DNA of 64,000 bases from Promethearchaeota archaeon (GTDB taxonomy: Archaea > Asgardarchaeota > Lokiarchaeia > Sigyniarchaeales > SOKP01): positions 128,001-192,000 of the forward strand of contig JAHPZA010000009.1 in NCBI GenBank assembly GCA_019058445.1, given 5' to 3'. Both the position numbers and the translations under genes were made by a program. The notes below the pieces were generated by a model. The model was not told the DNA's origin, searched no databases, and worked only from the letters and a program-made list of their open reading frames with translations. Of the stretch, positions 11,925 to 21,162 are shown one piece after another (the stretch's first letter is position 1; every line of letters begins with the position of its first letter).

Positions 11925-13313
11925 ATGAGTTATGATATGGAAATAGATTCTGAAAGCGAATTTTCAACATGGGATCATCTCTCATTTAATCTCGTCATGT
12001 TTATGCTTCCCGCTACATATGCTATGTTTGCCACTCATTTATTTTGGTTTTATGAAACAGAAGTATTATTACCAGTTTTATTTTTAGGTGTTGCAGTTAT
12101 AATTTTTGGAGTATGGGATGCTTTTAATGATCCACTCATAGGTTTTATATCAGATAAACCTAATCGTTTTACAAAACGTTATGGAAGGCGTTTTCCTTAT
12201 ATAATTTTATTCGGTATTCCAACAATGGTAACTCTAGTTCTTCTTTTTACACCTCCCATGACAAATGCTAAAGTAAATCCTTGGCCGGTATTTCTCTGGT
12301 TGGTTATCATTTTACTTATTCATGAATTAAGTTATACCGGTGTAAGTTTGACAAGAGCATTATATCCTGAAAAGTTCCGAACTGATAAAGATCGTAGAAA
12401 AAATTCAGCAATTGGGATTGTCACTAATAATCTTGGTTTTTTCGTAGGATTTATAATTCCCATGTTGCTTGTCTGGGAAGGTGACATAAATTCATACTGG
12501 ATCGCTGCAGTTATACTTATGATACCGTGTTTTATCTTCTTCTTCTTAGGTATACATGGAATACGTGAAGATAAAGTAATGATTGAGAGAGCACTCACCG
12601 CTAAAAGAGAACCCTTTTTCGCAACGTTGAAAAAAGCAGTAAAAAGAAAAAACTTCATGACACTTGTTTTTATCAGTATATCAACACAAGTGTTTGGTGC
12701 TTGTATAATGGCATCTATTTATTATTATGTAAAATTCATCCTAATTTTGCCTCCTGAACGTCAAGCCGATGTATTGATTATGGTCGTTTGGTTTTTAGCG
12801 GGATTAATTTCGATTCCTTTATGGATGAAAGTCACTCCAAAAATAGGTCATAAAAAAATGCAAATAATTGGAATTATAATTACATTATTAGCTTTAATAC
12901 CGCCTCTATTTATAAGATCTTTAATACTAGCATTAATTTTTGTAGGATTCTTAGGTTTTGCTATGGGAGCAACAGCATTAATAAGGTTTCCAATTTTTGC
13001 TGACGTTATTGATGAAGTTTCTTTGCTCGATGAAAAACGCCAAGAAGGAGTTTATCAAGGGGTATTTGTTTTTTTCGATCGTCTTGGTATTATTCTTCAA
13101 CCAATCATCTTTACGGTTGTACACATTTTAACTCGATTTGATCCTGAGAGTGATACTCAGTCATTAATTGCCCAACAAGGGATCCTTGCTGCTATGTTAT
13201 GGATTCCTGGATTAATAATGTTAGCCGCATGTTTGATTTTTTGGAAATATTATGATTTAACACCTAAAAGAACTCTAATCATCAAAGATAAGTTAAAGCA
13301 GATAAATCTTTAA
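11925..13313 (+). CDS. MFS glycoside-pentoside-hexuronide (GPH/MelB-like) transporter
   Basis: WDAFNDPLIGFISD...YGRRFPY, ADVIDE...RQEGVY. Confidence 0.9.
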   Translation: MSYDMEIDSESEFSTWDHLSFNLVMFMLPATYAMFATHLFWFYETEVLLPVLFLGVAVIIFGVWDAFNDPLIGFISDKPNRFTKRYGRRFPYIILFGIPTMVTLVLLFTPPMTNAKVNPWPVFLWLVIILLIHELSYTGVSLTRALYPEKFRTDKDRRKNSAIGIVTNNLGFFVGFIIPMLLVWEGDINSYWIAAVILMIPCFIFFFLGIHGIREDKVMIERALTAKREPFFATLKKAVKRKNFMTLVFISISTQVFGACIMASIYYYVKFILILPPERQADVLIMVVWFLAGLISIPLWMKVTPKIGHKKMQIIGIIITLLALIPPLFIRSLILALIFVGFLGFAMGATALIRFPIFADVIDEVSLLDEKRQEGVYQGVFVFFDRLGIILQPIIFTVVHILTRFDPESDTQSLIAQQGILAAMLWIPGLIMLAACLIFWKYYDLTPKRTLIIKDKLKQINL

Positions 13314-13341
13314 ATTAAAATTATATATATTATATTCATTT

Positions 13342-14721
13342 TTATTTTCTTTTATGAAATACCCATCTATTTACTTTCAGATCAATTATTCCTCCATCTT
13401 CTTTAATAAAAAATTGACCTTTCATTTCAAGTCCAGGTATAGCAAATGGAATGTAAAATTTAAGCTCTTCCATATTGTTAATCACAACCGGGAAAGATAT
13501 AATATTCGAAGATCCGGGATATCTTACCTTTCCAGTGATAATCCCATTTTCTAATGAAATGTCAAGTTTCATTACACCTCTATAGGTTTCATAATGACCT
13601 AGTAATAAATTGAGTGTTTTTTGTACCTCCAAAAAAGGCACAGCTTCTTTTAAATCAATCCCGAGTAGGATTGCTAGAATTGAGCGACCAATCATTTCAG
13701 GACTAAAAAAGGCACAATTTTGTCCAATCACTATTCCCATTTTTAATTCAGGAATTATTCCTAAGTATCCCATATAAACCAAGAGATCTCCACTATGAGA
13801 CACGAGTCTATGCCCAAAAAAATCTTTTTCAATTGCCCAACCATATCCATATTCCTTCCCTTTCTGATCGGTTTTAATAAAAGGTGTCCAGATCCTTTCT
13901 AGGATTACACTATCTATGATTTGGTTTCCATTGAATTTACCTGCGTTTATCAATGCTCTCATATAGTTCAATAAATCATTTACACAACTTAACATACCAC
14001 CAGCGGGAGCTTGAAGATCTGCTATTGGAGGATCTTTTGGTATTAACTTTCCATCCTTTCCCGTTAAGTAACCAATTGAAGCGTCTGTATCGTTCTTATA
14101 ATCCTCCAATGAGTAAGTAGTTCTTTTCATTTCTAATGGATTTAAAATATTTTCTTGAATATAATCTAAAAAGCTCATTTCTGAAACTTTTTCAATAATT
14201 AATCCTAATAAATCATACATATCATTGTTATAAATATAAGACTTACCAGTATCGTCAAATTTTTCCATAATCGCGCCATTAATGAAGGTTAAAAGATCTT
14301 CAGAACTGCTCATGGGTATAAAGGAGTCAAAGACACCTAAGAATCTTTCAGCTGCGACAAAGTTGCCCTCTAAAGCATTAATCCCAGAGCTGTGAGTGAG
14401 AAAATGATGAATAGTAATGGGATCTTTTCGCGTTCCAAGGTTAAAATTGATATATTTCCTAACTGGATCGTGTAAATTTAGTTTACCTTGATCCGCTAAA
14501 AGATTTATAGCTAATGCCGCAAACATCTTAGATATTGAACCAATTCCAAATAACGTATTTGTTGTCATAGGGAAATTAGAGTCTAAATTACGTGCTCCAA
14601 ATCCCCTAGTATATTCCACTTCTCCATCCTTTATAATCCCAATACTTAACCCCGGTATATTAATCTCTTGCATGAGTTCTACAATCATTTGCTCTAACAT
14701 TTCAATTAATTTTTTTCTCAT
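13342..14721 (-). CDS. beta-lactamase-family serine hydrolase (Pab87/CubicO-like peptidase)
   Basis: SxxK (GSISK), YxN (YNN), HSG; extra C-terminal beta domain. Confidence 0.88.
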   Translation of the reverse strand: MRKKLIEMLEQMIVELMQEINIPGLSIGIIKDGEVEYTRGFGARNLDSNFPMTTNTLFGIGSISKMFAALAINLLADQGKLNLHDPVRKYINFNLGTRKDPITIHHFLTHSSGINALEGNFVAAERFLGVFDSFIPMSSSEDLLTFINGAIMEKFDDTGKSYIYNNDMYDLLGLIIEKVSEMSFLDYIQENILNPLEMKRTTYSLEDYKNDTDASIGYLTGKDGKLIPKDPPIADLQAPAGGMLSCVNDLLNYMRALINAGKFNGNQIIDSVILERIWTPFIKTDQKGKEYGYGWAIEKDFFGHRLVSHSGDLLVYMGYLGIIPELKMGIVIGQNCAFFSPEMIGRSILAILLGIDLKEAVPFLEVQKTLNLLLGHYETYRGVMKLDISLENGIITGKVRYPGSSNIISFPVVINNMEELKFYIPFAIPGLEMKGQFFIKEDGGIIDLKVNRWVFHKRK

Positions 14722-14741
14722 TTGGTATCACATCTTAGTTT

Positions 14742-15809
14742 TTAAATAAAAACCTTTGAGATAAACGGGCTTGTCATAGCCCCTAATAATGCTTCGTAAT
14801 TCACGTTAAACCTCAGCTCATCACCCAATTTAAAATCATTTTTTTTTAGATCAACGATTATATAATCACTCGAAGCACTCAATATTTCAACATCATCTTT
14901 AGGAAATAATCCTTTTTCTTGAATATCTTGACGACCTGCATTAAGAAGTGCGTGGATCCTATATCCCTCTTTAGACTTCTTTCTATTTTGAAATATAGAA
15001 GGTTCTCCAAACGCATTGGTAGTTACTGTTCCTTTAGGAAAAAGAGGCTTTTTCTTTAGTTCTACAATTTCTGCCACGAACGTAAATGTATCTTGATAAT
15101 ATTTTAGAATTGGATCTTCTTTAATTCCATCAACTCCAAGTAATATGACGGTTCCAATTCTTAGGTTATTAATTGAACCTATTTCATTAGTAGACATAAC
15201 CCAATCATAATTTGCAGAATTCCCTCCTGATATAAATTGAAATTGGATATCATATTTTTTTTGAATATCTTGTGCAATTTCAGAGAATTCGGTCATATTA
15301 TTTTCATCGGGTATTACCCCAGCAAAACATTTAAGATTTGTTCCAATACCTAATAAATCAATATTTTGTAACTTGAGTACTTCTCCTACCATATTTTCAA
15401 GGTCATTTGGCATTATCCCTTCGCGTAGATCTCCCATTTCCACCATTAAGATCACTCCATGCTTTTTATTTTGCTGGAGCGCTTCTTCTGATAGTTTCTT
15501 TATTGTAATAAGTTCAGAATTTAAACTGATATCCGTATGTCTAATAATAAGAGGGATTTCGCTATGAGAGGGATTTCTAATTAATACGAATTTCGCGTTT
15601 ACTCCTGCTTCTTTCATTCGAATAATATTTCCTATTCTTGAATCTCCCAAGTAATTTATTCCCGCTTCTACTAATGTTTTTGCGATTGTGGGATTTCCTA
15701 AAGTGACTTTAGTAATACCAATGATAGAAATGCCTTTAGAACTTAGGATTTCATTCAATAGTTTTGCGTTATGAAAAATTTTCTCAAGGTTTATTTCAAT
15801 ATAAGGCAT
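14742..15809 (-). CDS. PLP-dependent alanine/ornithine racemase family protein
   Basis: ITKV PLP lysine, GDSR, MGDLREG, GTNLKCFAG, SGGNS, NNLRIG, SSDY. Confidence 0.88.
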   Translation of the reverse strand: MPYIEINLEKIFHNAKLLNEILSSKGISIIGITKVTLGNPTIAKTLVEAGINYLGDSRIGNIIRMKEAGVNAKFVLIRNPSHSEIPLIIRHTDISLNSELITIKKLSEEALQQNKKHGVILMVEMGDLREGIMPNDLENMVGEVLKLQNIDLLGIGTNLKCFAGVIPDENNMTEFSEIAQDIQKKYDIQFQFISGGNSANYDWVMSTNEIGSINNLRIGTVILLGVDGIKEDPILKYYQDTFTFVAEIVELKKKPLFPKGTVTTNAFGEPSIFQNRKKSKEGYRIHALLNAGRQDIQEKGLFPKDDVEILSASSDYIIVDLKKNDFKLGDELRFNVNYEALLGAMTSPFISKVFI

Positions 15810-15863
15810 GTCAAGACATAGCTCTTTATGTGTAAGATATTTTAAAAAGTGAATGACAAAATT

Positions 15864-16949
15864 TCAATCTTTTATTTTTACCAGTTGTTTAGTTTCAAAA
15901 CTCTTATAGGCAGCGTGTAATACTTTTAATGCATTTAATCCATCTAAACCATTTACTTCAGGATCCTCATCATTCATAACAGCGTTTGCAAAAGATTCTA
16001 TTTGCATAGCAAAATTACCTGGCATTGGTCTATCTATAACGTTTATCGGTTGTCTTTTATTATCTGAGATAAAGAAAAGTTTATTTGCGTAATAAAAAAC
16101 CCTTAAAGCCCCTTTTTCACCATGAATTCTAATATTTCCGGGGTGTGCTTCCCATCTTCCTTCTAAGGAAAGATTTCCTTCCAAATCCCAACTTCCTCCC
16201 CATGAAAAAATTCCCTCATAGGGCAGATCCGAAGAGAATGTTGCTTCATTGTAGACAAGTTGACCTACGGCATCATTTTCAAATATCATGGTTAAAAATT
16301 CTGTATGAGGGGCTTGTCCCGAAATGTTCCCTCTTCCAATAACATATTCTACTTTACTATTTGTGAGCCATAGAAATGCATCAATGAGATGAATTCCATG
16401 GTCTACAAGCCCCATCATCCCTCCACCAGGACCTCCTCTGGGATAATGATGTTCACCAGCGTCTTTAAAAATTTCAACGCCTCCACCTCCAATAGATGTT
16501 TCCATAAGTAACTGAATTTTACCTAACAATCCCTCGCTAATTAATTTTTTAGCTTTCATACATGCGGGTAGCCATCTGTAAGAAGCACCATAACATAGCT
16601 TTACTCCTTCTGATTTACAAGTGTCAATCATCTTCTTTGCATCTTTAATAGTAATGGCGAGCGGTTTTTCACAGAAAACATGTATGTTTGATTTCGCAAC
16701 ATTCTCAGTAATTTCCCTGTGCAACCGAGCTGGAACTAAAACACATGCAATATCCAAATCTTCCTTCTCTAACATCTCTTTATAGTCAATATAACCTCTA
16801 AAGTTCCATTTTTTAACCATCTGATTGAGTCTATCTTTTTCTATTTCAGCTCCAGCGATGACTTCGATTTGATTTACATTCTTATAAGCTTCAAGATGTA
16901 CTTCTGAAACATTTCCTAAACCTATCAATCCAACTTTAAGCTTTGTCAT
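15864..16949 (-). CDS. Gfo/Idh/MocA family oxidoreductase
   Basis: GLIGLG, HVFCEKPLA, DHGIHLID. Confidence 0.92.
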   Translation of the reverse strand: MTKLKVGLIGLGNVSEVHLEAYKNVNQIEVIAGAEIEKDRLNQMVKKWNFRGYIDYKEMLEKEDLDIACVLVPARLHREITENVAKSNIHVFCEKPLAITIKDAKKMIDTCKSEGVKLCYGASYRWLPACMKAKKLISEGLLGKIQLLMETSIGGGGVEIFKDAGEHHYPRGGPGGGMMGLVDHGIHLIDAFLWLTNSKVEYVIGRGNISGQAPHTEFLTMIFENDAVGQLVYNEATFSSDLPYEGIFSWGGSWDLEGNLSLEGRWEAHPGNIRIHGEKGALRVFYYANKLFFISDNKRQPINVIDRPMPGNFAMQIESFANAVMNDEDPEVNGLDGLNALKVLHAAYKSFETKQLVKIKD

Positions 16950-17017
16950 ATCATATATTCCCTCAGTTTAATATTTCTATTGAAGAAGACTATAATTTTC
17001 AGTTAAAATACATAAAT

Positions 17018-17572
17018 TTAATCTAAATAAACTAAATCAACGGCGAATGGAATCTTACGCCTGTAAAAATAAAGATGTTCTAAGGATGTGAAGAAAATAT
17101 GATTAAAAAAAACCTCTTTCAAATGTTTCAGGTTCAAATTTTCTATGTTTGTATCTGGTAATGAATGGTCAAAGCATTGTATCCCTAATTTTTTAATTCT
17201 TCTAATAAGTACTTCTCTACAGGTAAAAGGATCAATTCTCGCTAAAAATTCAATTAAATCAATTAAGAATTGATCTTTCTCTCTTTTAATCGCATATTTA
17301 ACCGGATTAATCGCTTTTAACGTAAAAATTTTTATTGCTTCAAAGGCAGCGATTCTAATTGACTCATTCAGGTCTGAGATTAAGAGACTTTCTAATAAGG
17401 TAAAAACTTTAGGATCTGTATCTCCAATTCCACGTAATAACTCCATACACTTCATTCTTAATAAGTCATCATTACTATTTTCTATTATGGAAATTAAGAG
17501 ATCTGAAGCAGAACGTTTATCTAATGCTTTATTCCTATAATTCTTATAAATTGATTCAGGAGTTATATGCAT
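17018..17572 (-). CDS. HEAT-repeat-like helical protein
   Basis: LLESLLISDLNESIRIAAFEAI HEAT-type repeat. Confidence 0.6.
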   Translation of the reverse strand: MHITPESIYKNYRNKALDKRSASDLLISIIENSNDDLLRMKCMELLRGIGDTDPKVFTLLESLLISDLNESIRIAAFEAIKIFTLKAINPVKYAIKREKDQFLIDLIEFLARIDPFTCREVLIRRIKKLGIQCFDHSLPDTNIENLNLKHLKEVFFNHIFFTSLEHLYFYRRKIPFAVDLVYLD

Positions 17573-17718
17573 TATTTTAAATAATAATTGAGGTTTTTAC
17601 TTAATAATATTATTTATGTATGTAATAATTAAACTATTGTTTTAACCACTTTAAAGTCTTTTTTCACAATAGAAATGTAGGTATAACTCTAATATTGAGC
17701 TTAGGTATAAAAATTGTC

Positions 17719-17988
17719 TTACTCTTTCTCGTTATTATCATTAATGATATCTATGGAATCTCCCTTTCGGATATCTTCATCAAAATATACATAAACGAGT
17801 ACTATTCCAATAATAATCAGCAGAACAAATAAATTAATACCTATCATGGCAAGTATACTAATTGTTATTGCCACAGCTACTATTGCAGAATATAAAATAG
17901 CTTTTTTCTTAGTCAATTCATTTGCCAGATTTTCTGGTTTATGGTTTTGACTATTTTTAATATCTTGATTTTTCTTATCACTCATCAT
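17719..17988 (-). CDS. small membrane protein (2 TM)
   Basis: Two hydrophobic segments flanked by charged termini. Confidence 0.6.
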   Translation of the reverse strand: MMSDKKNQDIKNSQNHKPENLANELTKKKAILYSAIVAVAITISILAMIGINLFVLLIIIGIVLVYVYFDEDIRKGDSIDIINDNNEKE

Positions 17989-18075
17989 ATTAGGTAAATA
18001 CTTTTTTATTTTTAATTGTTCTTTAAAAAAGTAATAAAGGATAGATTCTCATCTCTAAAGGAGAAAAAATATCAG

Positions 18076-19524
18076 TTAGTTAATTTTCGCCCCACAATTA
18101 GGACAGATAATTACGTTTGAAACAGTGCAGCCACATATAACACACATCTTTATAGTTGTTCTTTTTTTCGGGGGTTTTAATTCAGTTATTGATTTTTTTT
18201 CTACTGAAGTTTTAGTTTCTGAAAACTCCTTAATTTTCATTTTACTATTTTTTAGTTTCTCATCTACAATAATTTCTTGTCCAAAATATCCTCCAACTCT
18301 AACTTTTTTCATTTTTGGAGGACTTGGTGGTGGTGGCTTAGTTTTTAGTTTTGGTGGACTTGGGGGTGTAGGACTAACTTCAATTTTTTCTATTTTTTCT
18401 TCAATTTCATCCACTTGTTGATATTCTTTATTTACTTCATAATCTTGAGCAGGTTGCTCCTTGGTATATTGCTCTTCTTCGATTTCATGTACAACTTCTT
18501 CAACTCCCTGCGGTATTTGCTCAAGTTCACCAGTAAGAGTCTCAGTTTCAGGTGGCTCTCCTAACGACGCCTCTTGAATTTCTAAAATTGATACTTCCCC
18601 AAATTCTTCTTCATAGACTAAATCTACATATTCTTCATCCAACTTTAAGAGAGTTTCACATTGAGGGCATCTAAATATATGGTTATATCCAAAATTATTA
18701 GAAATTGCATATTTCGCAATTTCACATCCATGAAATTTAGCTCCACAATTATAGCATTTCTTAATTTCGTCAGAATACGCTCCGCACATCGGACATACCT
18801 CTAACGAACATATTGAGCAAATTTCCTCATCTTCAGGTGATAGACTTATTAAATCTGCTGCCAGTTTCTCGTAAAAAATCTTATCTTCCTTTAAATATTG
18901 TCTTTGTCGCGCATCTGGACGAATAATATTGAATTCTCTCTTGCTTTTAATTAAGGAACTAAGAACATCCTTAAATTGCGGTATATTATTACAAAAAAAA
19001 GTTCCACCTTGTGTTTCACTAGTAATAACTTTTATTTTAACCTCGTCAATATAATTTGTTCTCTCTCCTACCCGAATAATGTCAATTATTGTTAAAAAGT
19101 CCAAAATCTTCGATTTAACGATTAAATCATATAGAACATTATGATATTCTTCGGGTTTTACACTTGGGGTATCGGAAATAACAATCACACGATAAACTTT
19201 TTTAATTTCCCGACTTTTTCTAAATATATATGATAAAATCTCAAACAAGGCATTTTCAATATAACTACTAGTCTTTGGTCTTGTATCCCATTTATCATCA
19301 ATGATTTTTAAAAGTGAATTAGCGTCCTTCTCATCATATAACGATATCGGATTATCTTCTTCTTGAAAAATAACAACCCCAAAACTAGAATCGACTAAAT
19401 TAAGCTTTTCATCAATAAACTCTTTAATTGTACTAGTAAGTGTCTCTTTTTCAATAAATTCAGTAGTTAAATCTATAAAAAAGATTATTTCTTCTAAATT
19501 AATTAAATTTCCAATATTCGTCAT
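18076..19524 (-). CDS. vWA-like domain + Cys/His-rich zinc finger + acidic/proline-rich linker + zinc ribbon protein
   Basis: FFIDLT...VIVISDTP...IDIIRVG...ITSETQGGTF vWA-like pattern; CSIC..CPMC..CYNC..FHGC..CPQC; PPPPSPP; CVICG..CPNCG. Confidence 0.7.
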   Translation of the reverse strand: MTNIGNLINLEEIIFFIDLTTEFIEKETLTSTIKEFIDEKLNLVDSSFGVVIFQEEDNPISLYDEKDANSLLKIIDDKWDTRPKTSSYIENALFEILSYIFRKSREIKKVYRVIVISDTPSVKPEEYHNVLYDLIVKSKILDFLTIIDIIRVGERTNYIDEVKIKVITSETQGGTFFCNNIPQFKDVLSSLIKSKREFNIIRPDARQRQYLKEDKIFYEKLAADLISLSPEDEEICSICSLEVCPMCGAYSDEIKKCYNCGAKFHGCEIAKYAISNNFGYNHIFRCPQCETLLKLDEEYVDLVYEEEFGEVSILEIQEASLGEPPETETLTGELEQIPQGVEEVVHEIEEEQYTKEQPAQDYEVNKEYQQVDEIEEKIEKIEVSPTPPSPPKLKTKPPPPSPPKMKKVRVGGYFGQEIIVDEKLKNSKMKIKEFSETKTSVEKKSITELKPPKKRTTIKMCVICGCTVSNVIICPNCGAKIN

Positions 19525-19694
19525 TTTTTTATGATTGTTAAATTGTTTCAGTGTGCTTATCTAAAAATTATTCTAGTTTTTACATTTATAATATAAAAAG
19601 AAATCTTATTTAATATTATTTTAAAAAATTACACTAAGATTTTGTGGATAACTGAATTATTTAGAAGTAAATAAAATGAGTGATTATAAAATAA

Positions 19695-21038
19695 TTAGAA
19701 ATCATGCCCGCATTTTAGGCATTTCTTCTCATCTACATTTACTTGATTACCACAAAGGGGACAAATCTTTATTCTATACTTTTCTTTTGCTATTTGTTTT
19801 TTTGTTGGTTTCCAAAATTTAGGTTTCTCCTTCTTTTCTTCTATTTCTTCTTGCAGAGAAATCGAGGTTTTGGCAATTCTTTCGTATACTAACTTATCTC
19901 CGACTTTTTTTACAGTAAAAGTTTTCCCGAAATATCCCCCAACTCTTATATGCTTAGTTTCATTCTTAGAAAGTCCTTTTATATTTGAATCTTCAGGTCT
20001 TATCCCTTCTAATGGTTTTTTGGGCTCTTCTAAGTCGATAACTTCAACAATTTTAGGGGACATTTCTAGCTCTGAAATTTCTTCTTCAAGATATGCTTTA
20101 ACTGATGTTACTTCTGGATCCTCTATTGATACCTCAGGAGCAACCTCAAGTATCTCATCCTCATCTATTTTAAGAAGGATATCGCATTTTGGACATCTAA
20201 AAATATGCGGAATGCCTATGTGCTGAGTAGTAACATAATTGATAACACAGCAATTATGAAAAGCGGCTCCACATTCTTCACATAAATGTGGAACATCATA
20301 AACATCAGTACAGACTGGACATATTGTTTCTTCACAGAAATAACATTTTAAATCTTCCCAAGATTGTGGGGCCTTTAAAGGCTTTGCCAAGTTACTATAA
20401 AACGCATAATCATCACTACTAATTTTTAACTCGTCTGGTTTATCTGTAAACGTAGATACAAGTTGCTTGTTTTTTACTAATTTTCCAATTATATCTTGAA
20501 ATTGTTTTTTATTTTGGGTATAGAACATTCCCCCTTTCGTGTCGCTTGCTAATATATTCAATTTTACATCGTCTTTAAAAAATCTCTGTCCAGGTTCAGC
20601 AACTCGAATAATATCTATAAAAGTGGGAAATATTTTAATTTTTGAAACTAGGTCCATTAGTGCTTCTTTGTAATCTTCGGCAAGATCACTGGGAGTATCA
20701 GTTATTATAATGATTCTGTTGAATTTTGATTTTTTCCTTATGGTTTCTGCTATATAAGAACATATATAAAACAATCCCGATTCCAATAAACTCTTCTTTA
20801 AACGATTTTGCCAATTTTCTTCAATTGCTTTTAAAATTATTTCTGAATCCTTTTTATCTTTTATAAATATCGGATGTTCCTCATCTTCTTGAAATATTAG
20901 AATACCATAATGTCCCTTAATATTAATTTTATTTTTCTCTTGAATATATTGTTTCAAAAATTTGATAATATCTTTTTTTTTAAGCAAATCTTTTGTCAGA
21001 TCTAAATAAAAAAACACATCCTCGTAAATAGTTCCCAT
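19695..21038 (-). CDS. vWA-like + zinc finger + zinc ribbon protein (paralog of 18076-19524)
   Basis: FYLDLT...IIITDTPS...IDIIRV...LASDTKGGMF; CYFC..CPVC..CEEC..FHNC..CPKC; CPLCG..CLKCG. Confidence 0.7.
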   Translation of the reverse strand: MGTIYEDVFFYLDLTKDLLKKKDIIKFLKQYIQEKNKINIKGHYGILIFQEDEEHPIFIKDKKDSEIILKAIEENWQNRLKKSLLESGLFYICSYIAETIRKKSKFNRIIIITDTPSDLAEDYKEALMDLVSKIKIFPTFIDIIRVAEPGQRFFKDDVKLNILASDTKGGMFYTQNKKQFQDIIGKLVKNKQLVSTFTDKPDELKISSDDYAFYSNLAKPLKAPQSWEDLKCYFCEETICPVCTDVYDVPHLCEECGAAFHNCCVINYVTTQHIGIPHIFRCPKCDILLKIDEDEILEVAPEVSIEDPEVTSVKAYLEEEISELEMSPKIVEVIDLEEPKKPLEGIRPEDSNIKGLSKNETKHIRVGGYFGKTFTVKKVGDKLVYERIAKTSISLQEEIEEKKEKPKFWKPTKKQIAKEKYRIKICPLCGNQVNVDEKKCLKCGHDF

Positions 21039-21162
21039 ATAATAGATACCTCGGTATGTTTTTTTTATTCTACAAAAATTAAAAAAATAATTAATATATA
21101 TAAGAATAATAAATAAAAAGAACTTATAGTATTCTTGAAGAAATCAAATAAAGTGAAATTAA

